Shown: positions 1 to 6,067 of the stretch, piece by piece
How the letters are laid out: every line of letters starts with the position of its first letter
How positions within the stretch are numbered: the first letter of the stretch is position 1
Source of the DNA: Candidatus Auribacterota bacterium
GTDB lineage: Bacteria; Auribacterota; UBA6266
Length of the DNA: 8,721 bases
Direction of reading: 5' to 3'
Assembly (NCBI GenBank): GCA_023136205.1
Contig: JAGLRQ010000046.1
Coordinates: 1 to 8,721, forward strand
The notes under the pieces: model-generated
What the model saw: only the letters and a program-made list of their open reading frames with translations
Databases searched by the model: none
What the model was told of the DNA's origin: nothing
Position numbers and translations under genes: made by a program

Positions 1-1104
1 CTTAAAGAAAACCTGACCCAGGACCAGTATAAATTGTATAAGATTATATGGGAACGCTTTGTTGCTTCTCAAATGTCTGCCTCTGAGATGGCATTGACAA
101 CTGTTGATATAACAGCGGGCATATATATATTCCGGGCTTCAGGCAATCAGGTAATTTTCCCGGGTTTCAGGAAAGTTTGTCCTGTCGCTGACAGGAAAAA
201 AGAATCCTCCCTTGAAGAGAATGGCCTTAAACAAAACGGAAAGGAAGATAATCTTTTACCGGATCTTTCCGAGAATGAGGAACTTAGATTGTTGGATATA
301 GAAACGAAAAGCATGGAGACAAAACCGCCGGCCCGCTACTCGGAAGCCACACTGGTCAAAACCCTGGAAGAAAAATCTATAGGAAGGCCGAGTACTTATG
401 TGCCGACGATTCAAACGATTATTAAAAGAAATTATGTTTTAAGGGAGAAATCAAGATTATCCCCGACAGAACTTGGGAAAATGGTTAACGAAATGTTAAT
501 TAAATCATTTCCTGATATTATAAATTATGATTTTACGGCGAAGATGGAAGAGGAACTTGATGCGGTGGAAGACGGGACCGAAGAATGGGTAAAAGTGCTT
601 AAGGATTTTTATGTACCCTTTGAAAAAGCTCTTAAGACGGCATCGGATAAAATGTCTGAGGTAAAAAGAGAAGTTACCAAAACCGATATGCTTTGCCCGA
701 AGTGTAAGGAAAAGGGAATTGAAGCATATCTTGTAAAGAGGTTTGGAAGGAATGGTGAATTTCTCGGATGTGAAAAATTTTCCGCGAAGGAACCGGATAA
801 AAGCTGTACTTATACAGAACAGATAAATGTGAAAGAACAACAACCTCTTCCCGAATTAAAAGAGGAAATTCTCTGCGATAAGTGTGAAAAACCTATGGTT
901 GTTAAATCAGGAAGATATGGACATTTTCTTGCCTGTTCAGGTTTTCCGGGTTGCAAGAATACAAAACCTCTTCCTACCGGAAAAAAATGCCCGGCGTGCG
1001 GTGGTAATGTAGTTCAAAAAAGATATAGGGGCAGAATGTTTTATGGCTGTGATAGTTATCCTGACTGTAAATTTACCGCGAAAAACCTTGATGAGATAAA
1101 ATAG
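1..1104 (+). CDS. topA: DNA topoisomerase I (type IA), C-terminal portion; 5' end lies upstream of the window
   Basis: Frame 1 is open from base 1 (LKENLTQDQYKLYKIIWERFVASQM...), so the TTG at 34 in the ORF track is an internal codon. It carries the hallmark type IA block KPPARYSEATLVKTLEEKSIGRPSTYVPTIQTI. The C-terminus has three C4 zinc-ribbon repeats: CPKC-x21-C-x11-C, CDKC-x15-C-x6-C and CPAC-x16-C-x5-C. Stop is TAG 1102-1104. Confidence 0.93.
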   Translation, partial: LKENLTQDQYKLYKIIWERFVASQMSASEMALTTVDITAGIYIFRASGNQVIFPGFRKVCPVADRKKESSLEENGLKQNGKEDNLLPDLSENEELRLLDIETKSMETKPPARYSEATLVKTLEEKSIGRPSTYVPTIQTIIKRNYVLREKSRLSPTELGKMVNEMLIKSFPDIINYDFTAKMEEELDAVEDGTEEWVKVLKDFYVPFEKALKTASDKMSEVKREVTKTDMLCPKCKEKGIEAYLVKRFGRNGEFLGCEKFSAKEPDKSCTYTEQINVKEQQPLPELKEEILCDKCEKPMVVKSGRYGHFLACSGFPGCKNTKPLPTGKKCPACGGNVVQKRYRGRMFYGCDSYPDCKFTAKNLDEIK

Positions 1105-1127
1105 GGAAAATCCGCTGTCCTGTTATC

Positions 1128-1146
1128 TTATTTTAATGTAAAATAA
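1128..1146. repeat. Perfect AT-only palindrome in the topA-xerC spacer
   Basis: TTATTTTA (1128-1135), spacer ATG, then TAAAATAA (1139-1146): an 8-bp inverted repeat with a 3-nt spacer. Its existence is certain; its function is unknown. Confidence 0.5.
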
Positions 1147-1220
1147 TACGTTGAAAGTGATGTCAGGAAATTCTAAATGTATCCTTTCATGAATGGTAAG
1201 GATGCAAATCCGGGTTAATA

Positions 1221-2123
1221 ATGATAAATAAGATTGCAGAATTTTTGAATTACCTCAAAGTGGAGAAAGACGCGTCTTCTCATACCATTAAAAATTACCG
1301 GAGCGATTTACTTCAATTTGTCGAATTCCTTACCGAAAAAGACTATTCTATCCTCGACCGTATTAATGATATAGACCATATTACTATCAGGAATTTTCTT
1401 GCCGGTATTAAGGGTAAAAACTATTCTCGATCAACGTTGATCAGGAAAATTGCTTCAATAAGGTCTTTTTTTAGGTATCTTTTGAGAGAAACACATGTTA
1501 AAGCCAATCCGGCGGCAGGTATGATTCTTCCCAAAAAAGGCAGGCATCTTCCTGAATTTCTGGATTTGAGTGAAATGAACAAGCTTCTTGAATCTCCCGA
1601 TGTAGGTAAACTTAGCGGCCTTAGGGACAGGGTTTTGATGGAGGTTCTTTACAGTTCAGGGATCAGGGTGAGCGAGCTGGTTAATCTCAATGAATCTAGT
1701 GTTGATTTAATAGGAGAGGTTGTGAAGGTCAGAGGAAAAGGGAAAAAAGAAAGAATGGTTCCACTGGGACGCACAGCGGTAAAATATCTCACTGAATATC
1801 TGGAGCAGAGAAAATCAGGGGACTATAAAGGAAGAAAACCGAATTTTTTAGCTGTTTTTTTGAATAAATACGGGCAGAGGATAACTGACAGAAGTGTCAG
1901 GAGAATTATTGACAAGTATATAGAAGAAGCAGCAATTGATCATAAGATATCTCCTCATGTTCTCAGACATACTTTTGCGACACATATGCTTGATGCCGGG
2001 GCAGATCTGAGATCTGTTCAGGAACTTCTAGGTCACGCGAGTCTTTCTACTACGCAGATATATACTCATATAACCGCTGACAAGATGAAGAAGGTATACA
2101 ACAAAGCACATCCGAGAGCATGA
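1221..2123 (+). CDS. xerC: Site-specific tyrosine recombinase, XerC/XerD family
   Basis: 300-aa ORF starting at ATG 1221. It has an N-terminal core-binding region (FLNYLKVEKDASSHTIKNYRSDL). The catalytic set is complete: R in LRDRVLMEVLYSSGIRVSEL, K in VRGKGKKER, H-x-x-R in HVLRHTFATH, and H...Y in LLGHASLSTTQIYTH. Length and motifs fit a chromosomal Xer recombinase. XerC versus XerD cannot be resolved by eye. Position just after topA resembles the Firmicute topA-(trmFO)-xerC/codV arrangement. Confidence 0.88.
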   Translation: MINKIAEFLNYLKVEKDASSHTIKNYRSDLLQFVEFLTEKDYSILDRINDIDHITIRNFLAGIKGKNYSRSTLIRKIASIRSFFRYLLRETHVKANPAAGMILPKKGRHLPEFLDLSEMNKLLESPDVGKLSGLRDRVLMEVLYSSGIRVSELVNLNESSVDLIGEVVKVRGKGKKERMVPLGRTAVKYLTEYLEQRKSGDYKGRKPNFLAVFLNKYGQRITDRSVRRIIDKYIEEAAIDHKISPHVLRHTFATHMLDAGADLRSVQELLGHASLSTTQIYTHITADKMKKVYNKAHPRA

Positions 2124-2138
2124 TAAGTGTAGTGAATA

Positions 2139-3086
2139 GTGAATGGTAAAGGCATGAAAATAAAAAAAGATCTTATAATTTTTGATATAGATGGTGTTTT
2201 AATAGATGTAAGAAAATCCTATCGCAAAGCTGTTATTGCGGCTGTCCATGCGTATCTAAACAATTATCTCGGATTAAAAATCAAAAAAGCAGTTCTTTCA
2301 GATAGAATTATTTCAGAATTTAAAAAATGCTCAGGCTTTAACAATGACTGGGATTTAACAGCCGCTGCCATAAGCTATATAGTTTATGCGGAGAAGAAGA
2401 AGGAAAATATAGATTTTGAAAGATTTATTAGCCAAGTGGAGAAACGCGGCGGCGGGTTAAGAGGGGTTAGAAAAGTTTTAGGAAAACTGCCCCGAGAGGT
2501 GGAATATACAGGTGATGTAAAGACGGGCAATACAGTTAAAAGGATATTTCAGGAGTTTTATTTTGGGAGCGCCGGATTTAAAAAAGTTTTTGGTTTGACC
2601 CCTGTTTATTTTGAAGGTGCGGGTCTGGTCAGCAAAGAATCTTTATGTATAGAAAGGAAGCTTTTGGCAAAACTTCGCATGGATTTTAAGCTTGGTATAG
2701 CTACAGGCAGAGATTCATTTGAGAGCAATATGGCTCTTGAGATGCACAAAATTAAAAATTATTTTGATGTTATAACAACTGATGAAGACATAAAAACCGA
2801 TGAGAAAATTTTTGGAAAAAAAGGTTTGTCAAAACCAAACCCGTATATATTAGAGAAAACAGTCAAAAAAAGCCGGTGCAAAGGCCGTATCTTGTTTCTT
2901 GGTGATACGCGGGATGATATAATGGCTGCGTCCAGCTGCAGAATGTATGATGTTATCTCGATTGGCTGTGTTTATGCTGTTAATAATAAAAGAGATGTTG
3001 AAAAAACACTTCTTGCCAGCGGTGCTGCTGCTGTTATACGCCGTCCTTCGGAACTTCCTGAGGTAATTAATTGCCTCAGGAAGTAA
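2139..3086 (+). CDS. HAD-superfamily hydrolase (class IA-like phosphatase fold) with enlarged cap domain; substrate unknown
   Basis: All four HAD motifs are present. Motif I is FDIDGV (D16/D18), motif II is GIATGR (T189), motif III is LSKPNP (K232) and motif IV is GDTRDD (D256, D259/D260). Numbering is from the GTG at 2139. The start is ambiguous: GTG 2139 or ATG 2154 (MKIKKDLIIFDIDG), and neither has a well-spaced Shine-Dalgarno. The gene begins 15 nt after the xerC stop. Confidence 0.75.
   Translation: MNGKGMKIKKDLIIFDIDGVLIDVRKSYRKAVIAAVHAYLNNYLGLKIKKAVLSDRIISEFKKCSGFNNDWDLTAAAISYIVYAEKKKENIDFERFISQVEKRGGGLRGVRKVLGKLPREVEYTGDVKTGNTVKRIFQEFYFGSAGFKKVFGLTPVYFEGAGLVSKESLCIERKLLAKLRMDFKLGIATGRDSFESNMALEMHKIKNYFDVITTDEDIKTDEKIFGKKGLSKPNPYILEKTVKKSRCKGRILFLGDTRDDIMAASSCRMYDVISIGCVYAVNNKRDVEKTLLASGAAAVIRRPSELPEVINCLRK
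3053..3084 (+). terminator. Perfect stem-loop overlapping the HAD stop codon; possible atypical intrinsic terminator or RNA-stability hairpin
   Basis: CTTCCTGAGG (3054-3063) is the exact reverse complement of CCTCAGGAAG (3074-3083). Pairing can extend outward by A3053:T3084. It can extend inward by T3064:G3073, A3065:T3072 and A3066:T3071, leaving a TTAA tetraloop. The sequence that follows is TAAAAAAGTTTGTTATTGATTATT, so the T-rich run is separated from the stem by an A6 run. That is not a canonical terminator layout. Confidence 0.35.
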
Positions 3087-3098
3087 AAAAGTTTGTTA

Positions 3099-3127
3099 TT
3101 GATTATTAAATTTAAAGAAAATATAAT
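3099..3127 (+). promoter_or_regulatory. Candidate sigma70-type promoter for the UXS-transketolase unit
   Basis: TTGATT (3099-3104), a 17-nt spacer, then a perfect TATAAT (3122-3127), about 60 nt upstream of the UXS ATG. This is AT-rich spacer DNA, so a chance match is possible. Confidence 0.45.
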
Positions 3128-3188
3128 GAATTCTTATTGTGATTTTCTGGCTTGGTATTTTTAAAGAGAGATATGTTAGGGGAAAATT

Positions 3189-4133
3189 ATGCCTCGTTCT
3201 GTTGTTACCGGCGGCGCTGGATTTTTAGGGTCTCATATATGCGATTATCTTATAGGAAAAGGACACAGCGTAGTCTGTGTTGATAATTTTATAACCGGAG
3301 CCGAAGCTAATATTGCCCATCTTAAAAATGATGCTAAGTTCACACTTATTAACCAGGATGTTACGGAGTATATTTCTGTTAAGGGGGAAGTTGATTTTGT
3401 ATTTCATTTTGCTTCTCCCGCATCGCCGATAGATTATATAGAGTTTCCTATTCAGACACTCAAAGTTGGATCAATTGGTACGCACAGAACACTTGGGCTT
3501 GCGATGGAGAAGGGAGCGAGGTACATACTCGCGTCAACTTCGGAAGTTTACGGGGATCCTCTTGTTAATCCACAACCGGAAAGTTACTGGGGTAACGTAA
3601 ATCCCATTGGCCCAAGGGGGGTTTATGACGAGGCGAAGCGGTTTGCCGAAGCAATGGCAATGGCTTACCATCGCACACACAACGTGGATACAAAGATTGT
3701 GAGGATTTTTAATACTTATGGGCCAAGGATGCGTAAAGACGATGGGAGAGTTGTTCCCGCGTTTATTTGCCAGGCCCTTCGAAATGAACCTCTTCCCGTA
3801 TTCGGAGAAGGCAGCCAAACAAGAAGTTTTTGTTATATATCTGACCTTATAAGGGGTATTTATCTTCTTGCAGTTTCTGATTTGAATGAGCCTGTAAATA
3901 TGGGGAATCCTTCTGAGATGACGATCCTGGAATTTGCGAAAAAGGTTATTAAATGCATTAACAGTAAAAGCGGTATTGTAAAGAAGGATCTGCCAATTGA
4001 TGACCCGAAAATCCGCAGGCCTGATATAACCAGGGCGGCAGATGAGCTTGATTGGAAACCCGAGGTTTCTCTTGATGACGGCCTTGTTGAGATTGTAAAG
4101 TGGTTTAAAAAAAAAATTGGAGAAGAGAGGTAA
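3189..4133 (+). CDS. uxs: UDP-glucuronate decarboxylase (UDP-xylose synthase), extended SDR family
   Basis: Rossmann motif [11 protein letters not shown] and catalytic STSEVYG plus YDEAKR (Y-x3-K). Long UXS-specific blocks are VDNFITG...[54 protein letters not shown] and [16 protein letters not shown]. The Shine-Dalgarno AGGGGA (3178-3183) lies 5 nt before ATG 3189. Confidence 0.9.
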   Translation: MPRSVVTGGAGFLGSHICDYLIGKGHSVVCVDNFITGAEANIAHLKNDAKFTLINQDVTEYISVKGEVDFVFHFASPASPIDYIEFPIQTLKVGSIGTHRTLGLAMEKGARYILASTSEVYGDPLVNPQPESYWGNVNPIGPRGVYDEAKRFAEAMAMAYHRTHNVDTKIVRIFNTYGPRMRKDDGRVVPAFICQALRNEPLPVFGEGSQTRSFCYISDLIRGIYLLAVSDLNEPVNMGNPSEMTILEFAKKVIKCINSKSGIVKKDLPIDDPKIRRPDITRAADELDWKPEVSLDDGLVEIVKWFKKKIGEER

Positions 4134-4140
4134 AATAATA

Positions 4141-4980
4141 GTGAAATATGAAGAGAAATCCTTAAAAAGAAAAGCTGCTGAGCTGAGAATTGAAATTGTT
4201 GATATGATTACAAGGGCGGGTTCCGGGCATCCGGGAGGTTCCTTATCAGCGATTGACTTGCTCACAGTCCTTTATTATTCAATTATAAAAGTGGATCCCC
4301 AAAAACCTGATTGGAACGAAAGAGACAGGTTTGTTCTTTCGAAAGGGCATGCGGCACCGGCTATTTACGCGATTTTAGCTGATCTGGGATTTTTCCCAAA
4401 GGAGAAATTAACGGGATTAAGACAGTTTGGTTCCATACTCCAGGGTCATCCCGATATGCGGAAGGTTCCCGGAATAGATATATCAACAGGTTCACTGGGT
4501 CAGGGATTATCCGTTGCTGTTGGCATGGCCCTGGCGGGAAAAATTGACAAGAAGAAATATAAAGTATTTGCTCTCCTGGGGGATGGGGAAATACAGGAAG
4601 GGCAAATATGGGAAGCATCAATGGCTGCGGCGCATTATAATCTTGATAATCTTTGTATGGCTGTTGACCATAACGGGCTCCAAATTGATGGAAAGATAGA
4701 AGATGTAATGAATCCTTCGCCTATAGAAGATAAGTTTATTTCATTCGGCTGGAAAGTGAAATCTATAGATGGCCATAGCCTTAAGGAAATATATGATGCC
4801 TGGAACTGGGCGCGTTCAACAGAAAATGGAAAACCTTCGGCCATTATTGCTAAGACAGTTAAAGGCAAAGGCGTTTCTTTTATGGAGAATGTGGTTGGGT
4901 TCCATGGAAAGGCTCCTACAAAAGAACAGGGGAGAGAAGCTTTAGACAGCCTTAAAAAAGCGTTAAACGGTGTCAAATAA
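4141..4980 (+). CDS. tkt: Transketolase, N-terminal (thiamine-diphosphate-binding) subunit of a split enzyme
   Basis: Motifs: SGHPGGSLS, RDRFVLSKGHAAPAIYA, LQGHP, GSLGQGLSVAVGMA, and the ThDP motif GDGEIQEGQIWEA...NLDNLCMAVDHN. I prefer GTG 4141 as the start, 10 nt downstream of the purine-rich GGAGAAGAGAGG (4119-4130). The TTG at 4117 in the ORF track has no SD and overlaps the UXS 3' end by 17 nt, but it cannot be excluded. Confidence 0.9.
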   Translation: MKYEEKSLKRKAAELRIEIVDMITRAGSGHPGGSLSAIDLLTVLYYSIIKVDPQKPDWNERDRFVLSKGHAAPAIYAILADLGFFPKEKLTGLRQFGSILQGHPDMRKVPGIDISTGSLGQGLSVAVGMALAGKIDKKKYKVFALLGDGEIQEGQIWEASMAAAHYNLDNLCMAVDHNGLQIDGKIEDVMNPSPIEDKFISFGWKVKSIDGHSLKEIYDAWNWARSTENGKPSAIIAKTVKGKGVSFMENVVGFHGKAPTKEQGREALDSLKKALNGVK

Positions 4981-5018
4981 AATTCCAGTTAGATGGAATG
5001 CAATACTAGAGGATGAAA

Positions 5019-5957
5019 ATGAGTGAATTGAAGGCAACAAGAGATGCTTATGGAGACGCGTTAATAGAACTTGGCAAAAAAGATAAAAATGTTGTTGTCC
5101 TTGATGCTGATTTATCTGAATCTACCAAAACCGCAAAATTCAGGGAACACTTTCCCGACAGGTTTTTTAACATGGGGATAGCAGAACAGAATATGATTGA
5201 TGTAGCGGCGGGCCTTTCTACATGCGGTAAAATAGTATTTACGAGCACATTTGCTTTGTTTGCTACAGGCCGCCCGTGGGAGCAAATCAGGAATACTGTT
5301 GCTTATTCGAATCTTGATGTGAAAATAGCAGCTTCGCACAGCGGTATTTCGGTTGGTGCCGACGGCTCGTCGCACCAGAGCCTGGAAGACATAGCTATTA
5401 TGAGAGTTATTCCGAACATGAGGGTTATAGTGCCATGTGACGCACCTGAAAGTTTTAAAGCAACAATTGAAGCGGCATCAATTCCCGGGCCTTTCTATAT
5501 AAGGTTTGGCAGAGAGAAGGTTCCGGTAATTACATCGAAAAATGATGATTTTGAAATAGGCAAAGCCAGGGTTTTGAAAGATGGCAGTGATGTGGCTATT
5601 ATAAGTTGCGGGATGATGGTATTTTTATCACTTGAAGCCGCACAAATGCTTGAAAAAGAGGGAATAAATGCGGCAGTTATAGACATGCATACTATTAAGC
5701 CTATTGATACCAAAATATTGTCTCAGTTTGCGGATAAAGCACGGGCGGTAGTTACAGCTGAAGAGCACAGTGTTATTGGTGGATTGGGAAGCGCGGTGAG
5801 CGAATTTTTGAGCGAAACACTGCCTGTACCTGTTTATAAAATAGGAACGAGGGATACCTTCGGGCAATCGGGGAATCCTGTTGATCTCATTAAAAAATAT
5901 AAGATGACCGCCGGTGATATAGCTGAAGCGGCAAGAAAAGCTGTATCAAGAAAATAG
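5019..5957 (+). CDS. tkt: Transketolase, C-terminal (pyrimidine-binding plus C-terminal domain) subunit
   Basis: Motifs: VVLDADLSESTKT, FPDRFFNMGIAEQNM, AAGLSTCGK, EQIRNTVAY, GADGSSHQSLEDIAIMRVIPNM and VPCD. Two in-frame ATGs occur at 5013 and 5019. AGAGG (5008-5012) abuts the first and lies 6 nt before the second, so 5019 is the likelier start. Confidence 0.9.
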   Translation: MSELKATRDAYGDALIELGKKDKNVVVLDADLSESTKTAKFREHFPDRFFNMGIAEQNMIDVAAGLSTCGKIVFTSTFALFATGRPWEQIRNTVAYSNLDVKIAASHSGISVGADGSSHQSLEDIAIMRVIPNMRVIVPCDAPESFKATIEAASIPGPFYIRFGREKVPVITSKNDDFEIGKARVLKDGSDVAIISCGMMVFLSLEAAQMLEKEGINAAVIDMHTIKPIDTKILSQFADKARAVVTAEEHSVIGGLGSAVSEFLSETLPVPVYKIGTRDTFGQSGNPVDLIKKYKMTAGDIAEAARKAVSRK

Positions 5958-6041
5958 TTATTGAGTTACTAAGTTACTGAGTTATTAAGTTAAGTATTGA
6001 ATAATTAACCCATTAACTAAATAACTTCATAACTAATAACC
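5956..6041. repeat. Convergent arrays of an 8-bp AGTTAYTR unit (5 forward, 4 reverse) in the tkt-ctpA spacer
   Basis: Forward units in exact 8-bp phase: AGTTATTG 5956, AGTTACTA 5964, AGTTACTG 5972, AGTTATTA 5980, AGTTAAGT 5988. Read on the minus strand: AGTTAATG (6018-6011), AGTTATTT (6026-6019), AGTTATGA (6034-6027), GGTTATT (6041-6035). A 15-nt AT-rich centre (5996-6010) separates the two arrays. The first unit overlaps the TAG stop at 5955-5957. Confidence 0.8.
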
Positions 6042-6067
6042 AATTCTCATAAAGGAGCTAATTTAGG

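Noticed and set aside
505-843. 112-aa minus-strand ORF inside topA. Similar 60-113-aa minus-strand ORFs occur at 3225-3407, 4361-4621, 4635-4976, 5048-5248, 5112-5375, 5495-5713, 5628-5867, 6110-6436, 6569-6904 and 7716-7898.
   Set aside because: Each lies entirely within a strongly supported + strand gene. All have low-complexity, hydrophobic or basic compositions, no recognisable motifs and no Shine-Dalgarno context. They are antisense shadow ORFs.
1120-1150. A possible dif site for the Xer recombinase in the AT palindrome next to xerC.
   Set aside because: dif-type sites have two roughly 11-bp arms around a 6-8-bp central region, with conserved G/C positions. This is an 8-bp all-A/T repeat with a 3-nt spacer. 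Also, dif normally lies at the terminus, not beside xerC.
1177-1218. A small 13-codon ORF (MYPFMNGKDANPG) in the topA-xerC spacer as a leader peptide.
   Set aside because: No Shine-Dalgarno, no recognisable attenuator structure, and too short to assess from sequence alone.
1221-2123. The tyrosine recombinase as the integrase of a prophage, integrative element or integron, which would mark an accessory island.
   Set aside because: It is 300 aa with the typical XerC/XerD layout, lacking the longer N-terminal arm-binding region of phage integrases. Housekeeping genes flank it on both sides in the same orientation. There is no adjacent tRNA, att-like direct repeat, attC/attI structure or cargo gene.
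3087-3188. A riboswitch, tRNA or small RNA in the 102-nt HAD-UXS spacer, and likewise in the 116-nt and 110-nt spacers at 1105-1220 and 5958-6067.
   Set aside because: All three spacers are very AT-rich and lack the G/C-rich helices, cloverleaf potential or conserved cores of known riboswitches (for example TPP) or tRNAs. Only promoter-like and repeat features could be supported.
4117-4140. TTG 4117 as the transketolase N-subunit start, as in the ORF track.
   Set aside because: It directly follows the A10 run, has no Shine-Dalgarno, and would overlap UXS by 17 nt. GTG 4141 follows a purine-rich SD-like tract and gives an N-terminus of typical length before the SGHPGGSLS motif. The TTG is not excluded, only less likely.
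3534-4265. 243-aa ORF on the minus strand, antisense to the UXS 3' half and the transketolase 5' end. This is surprisingly long for AT-rich DNA.
   Set aside because: Over UXS it lies in exact codon register with the sense gene. Antisense stops would then need sense codons TTA, CTA or TCA, which this stretch happens not to use. The predicted protein is Ile/Phe/Asn/Lys/Arg-rich with no motif I recognise. The sense strand carries end-to-end UXS and transketolase signatures. It is a shadow ORF.
4514-4699. 61-aa + strand ORF out of frame within the transketolase N subunit, and a similar 76-aa ORF at 7844-8074 within the yibQ-like gene.
   Set aside because: Both are embedded in alternative frames of well-supported genes. 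Neither has a ribosome-binding site or protein-like sequence features.
5956-6041. The spacer repeats as a CRISPR array or a tandem-repeat coding region.
   Set aside because: The units are 8 bp and contiguous, with no spacers, whereas CRISPR repeats are about 24-48 bp separated by unique spacers. Every frame is full of stop codons (TAA/TAG/TGA occur within the units). It is kept as a non-coding repeat finding instead.
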